From: Macrostomum lignano
Lineage: Eukaryota
Reading direction: 5' to 3'
Length of the DNA: 64,000 nucleotides
NCBI GenBank assembly: GCA_002269645.1
Contig: NIVC01002209.1
Location: forward strand, 124,001 to 188,000
Position numbers and translations under genes: made by a program. Positions 12,461 to 25,564 of this stretch are shown here, piece by piece. Below the pieces are notes generated by a model. It saw only the letters and a list, made by a program, of their open reading frames with translations. It did not search any database and was not told the origin of the DNA. Positions within the stretch are counted from its first letter, which is position 1. Each line of letters opens with the position of its first letter.

Positions 12461-14071
12461 AGTAAAATTTTAACTTGAATTCCCATACCCACACATAGCT
12501 TAAGCAGCATTTTTTAAGAATTTAATCGAAGATTGAGCTGAATGCAATATTTAACATTAACCTTGTATTAAAATAATAAGGGCATTATATAAATAAGCAT
12601 TGATTAATAAAAAAGTAAAGTATATAGACTTTCTTTATCTCCAAGAGATTGTAATGTTTCAGATCATAATGGCATCTGTTAAGATTGATAATGTATAATA
12701 TGATACAATTATCAGAAGCATGTCATTTTTGCCAAATATACAAATTCAACCCCTTCTATCTAACAATATAGCTAGTATAGATTCATACAAAAAATCTATT
12801 TTATATCTGATTTAGATTAGACCTACATTATTATATTTTTACCTTTAAAGCACATTTAAAAGTTTTTTAATAGTATTCTAAAAGATTCTAAAGTGATACT
12901 TGTCCATATGCTTCTTTTGACAAAATAGTTTAACCTTGCACCATAATTTCAAGTCCATTTTTATTTTGTTCTTTTCTCTAAATGGGTAGAGTTTGTGATT
13001 AAAAAGTGGCTCATTAAAAAAATATAATACAAGCTACCAAAATATAGATCTGTAAACATCAAGCATCTATAGAGTTATCATGCTGAACCATCTAATGAGT
13101 AAAAAGTACATTCCTATAAACATCTTTCTTGTATACCTGAAAAGAGCGCAAAGTGCACAAATACATCATTTGTAGGAATAGTGCCTAAATTTTTAATATG
13201 GATAATGGGGTGAAATCTAGTCAAGGTGTATCATTTATAGTGTTAACTGAAGTCAATATAACCAACAAAGGAACTTTTGGTCAAAGCTTCTTGCTATATT
13301 AATTGACAAATATAAGAAAACTTTTCAATGGAAATAATTTTGTTAGTTTAAAGGTGTTAGACACATTTTGTCCTCTATTTTGCTGAATTTTATTCTCAGA
13401 CCATTAATTTTATTGTATATTTTATATATTGTAGCACTTAAGCATATTAAGTTGAGCTCATGACAATAAAACTTGGAAATATAGGATAGAAGATTTTTGT
13501 TTGCTACTCATTGAGGTAGGCAAATCAATCTAGGTACAAATTGCTATCTTTCAATTCAATAGAAGATTTTATTCTACTATATGACTTTATTGCTAATGAC
13601 AATGGCAACTTAGAACATTTAGTAAGAATGTTGTTGTCCTATAGCAAACTTTTGGTCAAGGGTTTAAAATGCCACAAAGGAGCAATTGAAGCATGCCATG
13701 GACCATGTAATTTACAGGCTTTTCTAGCCTTGGCTTTGGGTATAAACAAAAAAATATGTAATATAAATATTATATATAATAAATAATTTTTTTAGTATAC
13801 AAATTTAATAAAAGGCCTGAAATATATTTATAATAAGTTTTTCCTAACAAATTTTGTAAGTTTGATAGGCATAGCTGCTTAACATATATTATTTCACTAA
13901 TAATAATACCAAAGTCTAGCTACCACTAAGCAAATATACTGAATTAATTACCTAGAATGTATGTATACAATTATAAATAGATAGTTTTATTTATCTTGTT
14001 TAGAACTTTCATTTTTTAATAGAGCTTCTAATGTTTATATAGTAGAGGCCTATTTACTTATATAAGATTGG

Positions 14072-15224
14072 GGCAATCTCCTAGTTTACTGCATTAAATT
14101 ATTTTCCCACTTTCAAAACTTTTCAGCCTACTTGCTGACTGCCCATATGGCTGGGAGGCCTAGAGCACCAACTACAATCATACCTGAGGCCAATTTGAGG
14201 CCTGCAGCTGAGCTTTGCAATATCAATTTAATACTGCATGAGCTGGTGCTATTCACGTTGGATGGCATAGCAACTATGCGCTGGCTGGCCACTTACAGGC
14301 TGCTCCTTAACTCTTGGGCTTGCGAACAATGCCTAGATGATCTGGCCATGTGACTATAGCAGCGAGATGGACTCCAGTTTATTGATGGCTATGCTTAGTC
14401 CTGCCCTACTTGCAAGATGCAGAAAGCAGTTACAAAGGGCAGCTTCTTTGAGGGCAGCCATCTCACTATCACCCAGCTGCTGGATTTCATCTACCTTTGG
14501 GCATGCAGCCTGCCTATGCATTGGATTAAATGCCAGTGTCGCATCGTCTGCCAGATTGCCACAGACTGGGCCAATTTTTGTTGCAACATATGCTGCCAAT
14601 ACCTACTAGACCATCCCATGGAACTTGGTGGCCTTGGTAGTGAGGTGGAGGTAGATAAGTCAAAGTTTTTCCACCGCAAGTACCAGCAAGATATAATAAT
14701 AATATGTAATATATAATAACATATATAATAATAATAATGAAGGATATTGAGTTCTTAGAATGGTGGAACGTGGCACCAACAAAGCCATGATAGTACTCAT
14801 TCCGAACCACACTGCTCAAACACTTCTGCCCATTATCCAGCAGTACGTATTTCCTGGCACAAAGATACTGACTGATAGATGGCAGGCTTATAATGGCTTG
14901 CAGAATCATGTGGCCGTCAATCATTGACTCTACTTCGTGGATCCCCACAATCTGACTATCCATACAAACACCATTGAAGGGTCATGGGCACACATCAAGG
15001 CCAAATTTAGGGTGATGCATAGTACTAGCGACGCCCTGTTTGAGACCCACCTCAATAAGTACCTGTGGTGCCACCTCTTCCCAAAGGAGTTTGGGAACTT
15101 CTTATATTGGGTTGTGCATAATTATTGACACTAGACTACCCTCTAACTACTGTCAACTGTTGAAATACATAACTTTTCATTTTCTACCCAAAAATAATTT
15201 AACGCAGTAAACTAGGAGATTGCC
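14072..15224 (+). mobile_element. Complete Merlin (IS1595/IS1016-related) DNA transposon, 1153 bp, with inactivated transposase
   Basis: 34-bp TIRs GGCAATCTCCTAGTTTACTGC(A/G)TTAAATTATTTT at 14072 and 15224; perfect 8-bp TSD AAGATTGG (14064-14071, 15225-15232). Confidence 0.95.
14147..15128 (+). pseudogene. Merlin DDE transposase (DDE_Tnp_IS1595-like) with stops, frameshifts and an AT-rich insertion at ~14692-14738
   Basis: Fragments WACEQC, FFEGSHL, LGGLGSEVEVDKSKFFHRKY, *VLRMVERGT, IIQQYVFPGTKILTDRWQAY, VNH*LYFVDP, HTNTIEGSWAHIK, HLNKYLW match established Merlin motifs (GG.G..VEIDES, TD.W..Y, HTN.IE..W). Confidence 0.93.
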
Positions 15225-16027
15225 AAGATTGGCTTTCACTGATTCAATGTAGCATTTAGCATAATATTTTATATTTAGTATATGGATTTCACTTGCTATA
15301 TATATTCTAATAATGTCTATGAATTTTAAGATAAACAAAACAATTAGGCCTAGCAACTGTGAAGTTGCATTAATAAAATGATTTTGACTAGATAAGAAAG
15401 TAATCTATTTTTTTAAGCCATAGGCCCTAGTATAACATAAGTCATATTCATAATAGGGGCCTAAATTATATTAAATAAGAATTAGGGCCTAGTCACTATT
15501 CATTATAAAAAGAATTACAAATTTCAAAGGATTTATGGCTAAGCCCAGGACATTTTAATTGCTGCCATGACAAAATCTGCAAAAGCAATATTATATAGGC
15601 CTATTGAGAATTTATTATAAATAGCATCAACACCAAGTTAGGCCTACCATCATAGGACATAGATCATAGATGCAGTGTTAGTAGTAAGATGCTCATTGCT
15701 CAAGCTCAACTTAGGGCTAACTTAGGCCCTAGTTTAAATTGTATAAAATAAAAGTTTGGTGACATAGATTAGGGCCTACAGCTATAGCCTAGCCAGGCCC
15801 TAGGCTAAGGGAAAAAGATGAATATGCAGAATATTTGGCTCTTAATGACTAGATCTACATCTACAGATCTAGATCTAAATCTACAGAGCTGTAAGTCTGT
15901 ACGCCCTACATGAACGCATGAAATTCAAAAAGCAAAACTATTTTAAAAAACGTTTTTGTTATTTCTTTAATTTCCTGTGCATTCGAGTAAGGCCTATACT
16001 TTTTCAAAGCATTCTTCTGACGTTAAA

Positions 16028-16289
16028 GAGGCTTTTCATATTACCAATTCCAGAATCAGAATCGGCTCGGATCTTCCAAGAAAAACAGCAGTATAACTAT
16101 TTAATTCTGTTGAATGTTTGGACTGCCTTAACAACCTCACTTAACACAATTTTCACTTTCTTCTTGGCGATTGTCATTCAATAATAAAAACTTTATAGCA
16201 CGTATCTCCCTCTAGTTATGGAGATAAAAAGTTATACTTCACAAATTGGTTCTGGTTCTAGAACCAGAACAAGCAATATGAAGAGCCTC
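16028..16289. mobile_element. MITE, PIF/Harbinger-like (15-bp TIR, 3-bp TSD AAA)
   Basis: GAGGCTTTTCATATT ... AATATGAAGAGCCTC flanked by AAA/AAA; roughly 80% similar to the neighbouring copy. Confidence 0.7.
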
Positions 16290-16376
16290 AAAGACAAAAG
16301 CTATACGAGCATACGCGAAGTAAGCAAAATTTCTAAGAAACGGTCATTTTAAATTTATGGATTTCTAACTCCCACG

Positions 16377-16651
16377 GGGGCTTTTCACATTACCAATTCC
16401 AGAACCAGAATCGATTCGGATCTTCCAAGAAAAAAAGCAGTGTAACTATTTAACTTTGCTGAATGTTTGACTGCCTTACAGCTTCACTTTGCACAATTTT
16501 TCACTTTCTTCTTGCCTATTGCCATTCAATAATCACAACTTTAGAGCACTTATATCCCTCTACTTATATCCCTCTAGTTTAGGAGACAAAAAGTTATACT
16601 TTACAAATTGGATCTGGTTCTAGAACCAGAACAAGCAATATGAAAAGGCCT
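16377..16651. mobile_element. Second copy of the same MITE (3-bp TSD ACG)
   Basis: GGGGCTTTTCACATT ... AATATGAAAAGGCCT flanked by ACG/ACG. Confidence 0.7.
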
Positions 16652-18374
16652 ACGGTCGACAGCAATTAGATTCAGCAGTTGACTTTTAAAAACTTGCTGT
16701 GCAACTTCTATATTATTTTTTAATTTTTTAAACTAACAGGATTTTTGTGCCACAAAAGAGGTTTAAAAGTGCATTCTGTTCTTCTGTTCTTTCAATGACA
16801 AGAGAGTCATTGAAATGTGTTAGTTCCATTGCTGGAACTATAATTGCTGGCGAAGGCGAAGAGAAACCCTTGCAAAATTTATTTTTAGTCTGCAAATGAC
16901 AGGGAAATGGCTGTTTATTTCACTGCTCTTTACTATTCGAGTCACCAATTCAGCTTTCAGCACTAAATTCTTTGATAAGGTCGTAATGACTCAAGCTGCA
17001 AAAACGCGCATAAACAACCCACTGGGAAAGGGTACATCGAAACGACGTCGAAACGACATCAAGATATCGATTTCATGTCGTTTTTTAAAATGAAAATGGA
17101 ATCGAAAAAATGATTGATTAATGCATAATTGTCCCTTTTTAGCCTTTTTCATATTTATTTGGCTTAAATTGGGAATTTTTTCCATGTCGTAGGTAAGTCG
17201 TTTTGTACGACAATTGATCACGGGTTCATTGATCTGAATTGTAATTTTAAGCATTAGCAGCAGAGCATTGGCAGACGCTGCACTGCCAATCTGCCAGGCA
17301 GGATGAATGCGAGCATATATCATTTCGATCCTGCGGCACTGCCATACATTACAGTAGTTTATCATGTCTATGAGTTATTTAAATGTAAATTCTCGAAATC
17401 TAAATGTATTTAAAACTTAAGCAAATCCGGCCCTCTCCGTCTATGTACGTACACGTACGTGGTGAATGATCTGCAAAGTGCAACAAAACAATGACGTGTA
17501 ATTAATTTAGCTAGAAATTCGGCACTCGATCGACACTAAGCGTAACTCTGTACCGAATATTGTTATAAAAAGGTACGAGCTAGAACCATATTTATTTCTT
17601 TGATGGCTATAAAGAAAGAAATTTAGAAAATTAGAACTCATAATGATTAATCAAAATGATATATCTACTAAAGAACTTTAATAAGTGCTTTTTGAAAAGC
17701 GGCGCATTTACTTTATAGACAGGGTCCATAAAAATTCGGACAATAGACAATTTTGCATTGTGCTTACCACTTAAAAAACACTATTGAATGGAGTGTTCAA
17801 GTGTTGAACTTAATTCGCTTTTTTATTTTTGCCAGCTAGTAAGGCACTATATTATAAACACGCGAAACTTAACACCTAAAAATTTATATGAATAATCTGC
17901 GACTAGACATACAAACAGAACCTTACACAGACTTATAGTATAAGCAGAAAAAAATAGTTGAAGTCAGAAAATTATAATATAGACAGCAATGCAATTTTAA
18001 ATATCTACTGAAAGTAGCAAAGTGTGCGTGTAAGCATTTAGATTACAGTAAGTAAAGCATTAAAAAAGGGTGCAAAAACCACTGTATCATATGCTGGTAC
18101 AACTAATAATATATTTATTTGCATAGCTATATTTTTGTCTAAGACAGAAAATCCATAAAAACGTTACAAGTTTAATATGAGTTAGTAAGGACGGAATGAT
18201 ATTGAAGAATTGTTATCAATCCGAATGTTTAATTACACTAAAATTCGGAAAAAATTATAGGCGGGTATTTGTATCACTAAAATTTAGTAGATCGAAGACA
18301 GGCAACAACACAAACAAAATTTACAGTTTTTATAGTTGAACTGGTCAATATAAGACACTGCTACACTCTGCTCA

Positions 18375-21239
18375 CTACTGCTGCTTGGTGTGCTTAGCGT
18401 GCATATCCTGGGCCACCTGGTACACGTGGCTAATGTCCGGCCTGGCGTCCGGGTTGGAGCTGATCATCGTCACCACCAGTTCGCGGAGCTGAGAAGCAAA
18501 AATCAGGTTTTGCTAGCTCTACTTCAGATAGAAAATTTTAATCAAGAATTCTACGGAATAACGAAAAACGATTTGCATACTACTATTAGCATTTTCTAAT
18601 CTTGATATCTGTAAAAAGATAATTGTTGGCCTCGGAGCAGATTTTTATTCTTACCTCGTTCGAGTAGATATCAGCGGGCAGCGGTGGATAATCGCACTGT
18701 TCGATTTTTTTGCACAGCGAATACAAATTCATCTGCTCCCCATAGAACGGGCTCTGCAACGCGGCCATCTCGTACAGCAGGCAGCCGAGGGACCACATGT
18801 CCGATTTGAAATTGTAACCGGTCTCGTGGATTCGCTCCGGGCTCATGTAATAGGGCGTACCGACTGCGGGGGAACAAAATATTACACATATTAAGCTTCG
18901 TCAAAATGTGTTTTCGAAACATATCGCCCGAATAAAAATATGATCTTGTATAGTATGAACTTCTGGTGGTTCTTTGGATAAATATCGCCAGTGATAATAT
19001 TTACTTTTAATACACATCGCCAGCGATAATTATTTTGGATACCTATCGCCAATCATAAGAATTAATTTCGATACATATGGCCAACGATAATACTCAATTT
19101 CGATAAATATCGCCAATGATAATAATTAATTTCGATACATATCGTCCAAGTTGAAATCGTAATTAATAATTCTAATTTACCAAGCGAATGGGCGTTGGTT
19201 GTCTTGGAGCTGAAGAACCGGCCAAGACCCAGGTCGCCCAGCTTCACCTGACCAGTGGCCGTGATGAAAACGTTGGCCGGTTTGATGTCTGAAAATCGTA
19301 TTTTGATTAGCCATTTAACAAAAATCGAGATGATACTACTAACTACTGTAAGTAGCGAAAAATACTCGTAGTAGCAGAATAGTCACCGAACCTCTGTGCA
19401 TAATTCTTTTAGAGTGCATGTGATCCAGGCCGCTGCAGATTTGCACAAAATATTTCCAAATTGTTCTTTCAGGAATCAGCCGTTGCTGCTTTTTGAAGTG
19501 CTGGAAATGAGGAATTCGAACTGAAATTACGATTACTGTGCATATATATTTATTTATTAATCTATGAAATATAAATAAAAATTACGAATTAAACGAAAAA
19601 TGAACAGTCGACCAATTTACAAATCAGTGAACTAAACAGAATTGCTCTATTTGCTCTATCAATTTTTAATCAATCTATTATTGTACCAACCCGCTAATCA
19701 ATTCAATCAGTCACTTGATTGGTCAACAAAACAACTAAATAATTAATTTAATGATCAGTGAATCGTACAAATAATCAGTCAATTACTTAACCATTCAATC
19801 AACAAATCAACCAATTGACCAATCAATCAATTAATCAGCCAATCAGCCATTCAATCAATCAACTAATTAATTAATCTACCAATCAATCAGCAATCAATCA
19901 ATCAATTAATCAACCAATCAATTAGCAATCAATCAATTAATCAACCATTCAATCAATCAACTAATTAATTAATCAACCAATCAATCAGCAATCAATCAAT
20001 CAAATAATCAACCAATCAATTAGCAATCAATCAATTAATCAACCATTCAATCAATCAACTAATCAATTAATCAACCAATCAATTAATCAACCAATCAATT
20101 AGCAATCAATCAATTAATCAACCATTCAATCAATCAACTAATCAATTAATCAATCAATCAATTAATCAACCAATCAATCAGCAAGTCAATAAACCAATAA
20201 ATCAATCAGCAATCAATCAATTACTCAACCAGCCAGTCAATGAATCAACTAATCAGCCAATCAATCAATTAATAAACTAATCAATCAACCAATCAATAAA
20301 CCAATAAGTCAATCAATCAGCTAATAAATTAATTAATCAACCAATCAATCAATCTACTAATCAACTAATCAATCAGCCAACCAACAGATCAACCAATAAA
20401 TCAAATAAGAAACCAGCAAATCAACTATACCATGAATCAGTTATCCAATCAAACGCAAACCAGAACAAACTTCTCTAGGATAAAGAAGAAGTACTCTCTC
20501 AGCGCAATCACGAACCCTGATCATTCGCGATAGGTCGCCAGCGTCAGCCAACTCCAGCACGATGTTGAGCTCGTTGTTCTCAATGAAGGAAGCCAAGTAG
20601 CGAATGACATTCGGGTGGTCAAGTTGCTGAGGGAATAGAATGAATGGGGAATCTTCTAAGCATTGCAAGCACTCACTATTTCCAGGTACACAACCTGATA
20701 CATTTCACGTGTGAATATTGTAATATTACAGTAATGGAATTCCTCAGAAATTCCTCCTAAAGTTGTTAGAGAGGCTTAGCAATACAAGTAGTGTAGAAAT
20801 TTTAAAGTTTTATTTCAACCCTTCCATAGTGGGTATGGGCATTAACCCCTTCCACAGTGTCCTTTAGGTGTACCACAACCCCTTCCAGTGTCCTTCTGGT
20901 GGTACCATACCTTCAGAAGATCAATTTCCTTGATGCAGTCTTGCCTAGCCTTGGCATCCATCATTTCAAAAATCTACAAGATAATAAAATTGAAGAAGGC
21001 AGATTAGAGAAACACAAAAGTTAAATAAAACTGATTAAACCATTTTAGCATTGCTTAGCAGTTATAAATAATTTTACCTGAACTTTTTTCAATGCAATCA
21101 CACAGCCATCTTCTTTGCAGATTGCCCGCCAAACTTCACTGAATTGGCCCTTGCCAATTTTCTTGTCAATATTAAACTTGTCTAGTGAGCCATATTTATT
21201 CTGAGGATCATAGCTTGGCACTGTGAAATCAACTTCCAT
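18375..21239 (-). CDS. NEK7: NIMA-related kinase NEK6/7, 7 exons: 21239-21078, 20973-20911, 20626-20516, 19500-19392, 19288-19181, 18863-18655, 18488-18375; 291 aa
   Basis: [18 protein letters not shown]|[21 protein letters not shown]|[36 protein letters not shown]|[17 protein letters not shown] are diagnostic of NEK6/7 (the NEK6 vs NEK7 assignment is not resolvable). Junctions are phase-consistent; 876 nt. Confidence 0.97.
18920..19150. repeat. Degenerate ~33-36-bp repeat (ATATCGCC..GATAAT..TTTCGATAC) in NEK intron 5
   Basis: About 7 recurring ATCGCC motifs. Confidence 0.65.
19770..20420. repeat. Degenerate (AATC)n microsatellite in NEK intron 3
   Basis: Read directly. Confidence 0.9.
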
Positions 21240-21671
21240 GCTTGTGATATGAACTATGAAATTTAGAAATTAGAATGCAAGACAAATAAATAACTAGAAA
21301 AATACAAGAAAGAATAAATAAAAGTGGTAAAGCAAATCTTTAATTTAAGTCTTACAGAGCCTTAGTTTAGTCTTGCCCTATCAAAAAATGCATAAATCAT
21401 ACTTAATATCATGATCAGAGTGCATGCTGTTAAATAAAAAAATATGAAAACTATAAAAAGTTATGCATAATATTTTAATGTATCCAATTTATAAAATAAA
21501 AAATCTTTTATTTCAATCTTTTGAGATTTTTTAGATTTTGAAAAAGGTTTTTTATATATTATATTTAAAACTAGATTAAAATGTCATATATTATTTATGT
21601 ATTACATAATTTAATGTTATTACCTATACTCCCAAAGATGCTATTTTGTAGGAAAAAATCTTGCATGCAAC

Positions 21672-23028
21672 CACAGATACTATAAACACTAGATAGGCCA
21701 CTCCAGCCAATTTTCACAACACGACAGTTTACTCTACTTTCTGTTTAGTAGTAGTAAAAACATTTTAGCGTTATTTATATTTTTTAAAAATAAAAAAACA
21801 GATGAATGCAATGCAGTAATTCTATTGATTTTTTTGCAAAAAGAAACTTATAATTATACTTTCCACAATTCAAAGCAACATTGTGAATGCTTTAGATTGC
21901 ATAGAAGGCTATATTATTGCAGTCAACTATTGTATATTTAGCAAATACGAGCTATATCATATACTCCATAATCCATATTTGTGTAGCAAAATAGAAAGAT
22001 TTCTCATCTTAATCAGCTCATCTGTTTGTGAAACTCGCAGCGTGCTGTCGAAGAACAGGGTCGCCAGTCGCCCTTGTTCAGAGGCAGCATTCAGAATGGC
22101 CCAACAGATGAAAAAAACTGGCGAATGCGCCACTTCAAGGTCCAGGGATGTATCCGATGGAGAGCCAATCCTCAGTGGTTTCGTAACAGGCAGCCGATAA
22201 GCAGCAGGACCTTTGTGGTGCAGCTGCAATGAGCTGCTGATGAGATGACATCCTTTGACCAGAGCACCCCTGACTGCGAGCGCCCTGCCGCCCAGTCGAC
22301 CGCTGGAAGCTGCGCTAGCCACGCCTCCACAGTCCATGGATGCACGACTGCGCTGCACTTGCCTTGACCATCGAGAGTTGCCGCTGCAGCCGCTTGATTT
22401 GCCTGTCGCTTTTGGGATTGCCGCTGCAGCCGCTTGATTTGCCTGTCGCTTTCGGGATTGCCGCTGCAGCCGCTTGATTTGCCTGTCGCTTTCGGGATTG
22501 CCCCTGCAGCCGCTTGATTCGCCTGTCACTTTCGGGATTGCCGCTGCAGCCGCTTGATTTGCCTGTCACTTTCGGGATTGCCGCTGCAGCCGCTTGATTT
22601 GCCTGTCACTTCGCCACCCCCAAATTTTCTAACCCACAACCTCTCAACCCCCAGCCCTAACCCAGGCTAGCAATGCGCAGTCCTTTATTTTCTATCCCAC
22701 CACCAGTAGGCCTAAATTATCGATCCACTCACCCTGCCTTATACGAAACTGATATTAACCCTATTCCAGACTACCCCCCTTCCTCCACTTTGAAAAGATA
22801 GCGGCATTGCACACTGTCTGTCGCGTCTTAATGTACACCATTACTGCACAAAACAAGTTAGTTGTTTATGGCGTTAGCAAAACGATGTCTTAAAAACAGT
22901 CACTCGATTTGTCTAATTTAGCAAATAATACTGTTGCTTCCTTTCATTGCTACTAAGCAGAAAGTAGAATAAAAAACTTGCCCAGAAAATTAGCCTGAGT
23001 GGCCTATCTAGTGTTTATAGTATCTGTG
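21672..23028 (-). mobile_element. Non-autonomous P-element-like DNA transposon (1357 bp) with a degenerate THAP-domain remnant
   Basis: 32-bp perfect TIR CACAGATACTATAAACACTAGATAGGCCACTC, extending imperfectly to ~80 bp. 8-bp TSD CATGCAAC/CATGCGAC (1 mismatch). Minus-strand fragments SCC..GC, GLALHRI, DWRPCSSTARCEFH resemble the THAP C2CH motif. Confidence 0.7.
22378..22612. repeat. 40-bp tandem repeat, ~6 copies, inside the P-like element
   Basis: CCGCTGCAGC recurs at or near 22381, 22421, 22461, 22501 (variant), 22541 and 22581. Confidence 0.95.
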
Positions 23029-25564
23029 CATGCGACAAGGTTTTAGGCAGTTTAGTACTATGAACATGGTATACAACATGGAGTCAAAAAAGTTTTTCTA
23101 GCGTGTTTTGCGCAATAGGGTATTTTACTACTATTGGAGCTATGAACTTGCCACTATAGGCCTAGCTGTGGCTCACTAGGATTTTTTAGGCTTTTAAAAA
23201 AATTGTGATATTTTTTTAAATGATTATACTACAATAACAATAAAATACAGTGTTTCTATTATTAGAATCCAAAGGTAATATATTATTATTATGGTCACTA
23301 TAATATATAAGCATTTCTATAAGTGTTGTTTATCTACTATCTCTTGTTTAAAAAAATTGAATAGTTCATTGGACTTGGACATTGTTTTATAGAATCAGAC
23401 TTGGAGTTGGAGTCTCTGTCTGCCTTTCATAGCCCATCCCCCCTGGACTATTGGTGCACACTTGGTACATTTGATCTAACCCTCCACCTCCTGCATGCAG
23501 CATGCCAACCAAAAAAATGCATGCATAGTGCATATTAGGCTAAAATCTTTAATTTTAAAATCATTCTTGCTTGTGGAAATTCTTGTGCAAAACAGAATGC
23601 ACAATTAGCAAGAAATGTTTAATGAAGTAAACAAACATATTTTATTTTATAGATCGGCCAGGTTAGACCTTATATAGGCCTAGGATATAGCCTAATAATA
23701 TAGGTCTATATTAATCAATCATATTAATCAAACAAAATAGGTCTCCTGGTCCAGAAATAAAGAATATCATAAAATGATACATACTAATAGGCTTTACAAG
23801 CTAAACCTTTGACTTCATTCAGCCAAAAAAGCAATACCAACAAAAAATTATTAATTAGCTTCCTGTCTGTGTTTTGCCAATTCTGCCAATAGGCAATATG
23901 AAGCATCAAATTTAAATTAAAGACTTATTTTAATTGAAATAAGTCTGCCAAAACCAAACGAAAATATTAATATTACCTTCTCAAGATAAAAACTAAATGT
24001 ATTAATAGAAACGCGTCAATAATTTAGTTAAGTTATGAATATAAACTACACTAACTTAGCGTTTTGGTCGTGGGCTGGGCCAATCTAAACTGATTATAGC
24101 TAGTCTGAAAATCGGAGGTTAGAGCTAAGTTAAAAAAAAGAAAAGCACAAATACTTGCCTTTATTGAAAAATGTGATTAATTACTGTAAAAACTACAATT
24201 CAAACGTACACTGGGGCCTTTTGAAGTGATGTTTGTAGCCCGTTTTCACGTTAAAAATCTTCAACTTTGTTTTAACTACTATATTCTTCCTGACGTGTGA
24301 TATGATTTTTCATTGCTAGCAATAGCTACAGATCGCCTGTCTCGCTTTTAACTCTACTGAAAAGTTAGGGAACACTTTATTGTTAAGCAATGTCAAAAAT
24401 CATAAATGAGTAACATTACTGCGATTACAGTACGTAGAGCCCGTAATATACTACATAAAGTCGCTGTACATGTATATGTATTGCGTGTTTTTCCAAGGTT
24501 AAATGACAAACCAAGGAAGCAAGTTTGTAATGAGCTTAGTCCGTTAAAACTAGCCCAAAATTTTGATGCATAAATGAGAATGTAACGTAAAATCAAACAT
24601 AACTACAATTGCATCTTGTGCATAGTATCTATATCAACGTACTTGAAACAAACGATATACTGAAAATAGCCATTTCTAATCTATTTCCATCATTTACCAC
24701 ATGGGCGCGCGCCCAAGCCTAGGATAACGACGGCGGCTAATAAATTTCTGCATTCCCGCGAGCCGATTAACGCTTGTTGATCCCGAAGCAAAAATAAGTC
24801 GACGTTTGAAGTTTTGACAAGCTTATAAACAAAAGTAAAATTTTAGTAATTGATTGATTTCTGCTGGCTATACTATATACAACCGTTTGCTTGCTGAGTA
24901 GTGTGATTAATAGCTGCAGGAGCAGCTAAAAACTTTTAACTACAACCAGTTGCAAAATTGCCAGCATTTAACCCTTAATTCTTGATTTTCAGTCCATAAG
25001 TGAAATACATACTGGTAAAAATAAATAACTCAAATGAAAAGAACGACAAAATTCCACAAGCAAAAGTTGTCGCTAAAAGACTGCATTTTTGCTGTTATAT
25101 TATCTTTTTATTCAACACACAGAAGTTTTAGATAATTATTGATGAAAAACAAGCACAGCAAAACTATTTCAAAGCTTGCGCAACCGGTTGGGCAAAGCAT
25201 TAGTTTGATAGTAATAATATTAATAAATAAACGACAGTCAAACGCTGCAACTGGTCGTTCAGGTGGTGCTAAACAGTCAAAAAAATGGAAAAATTCATTA
25301 ACAGGGACCTGATCGGCTAGCCTTTTTTACGATGGCACGGCAACAAACGAATGCTGCCACAGTTTTCAATGTATAATAGATAGATATAGTTATAGTATAA
25401 GTAAGTCGTTTTATCTAATGTCGATTAGGTCGATTAGGTAATATTATTATTAGTAGTATAGTAGTAAGTTTATTAAAACATTGATTTTGTACACTGGTTG
25501 GTTCGTGACGATGAACGACGAATTATAATTAATAATAATAGTAATAAGGTATATTATCGACTAA

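Noticed and set aside
22236-22265. CTGATGAG hammerhead core (also CTGATGA at ~39948 and CTGACGAG at ~48486)
   Set aside because: No GAAA after a stem II and no stems I or III.
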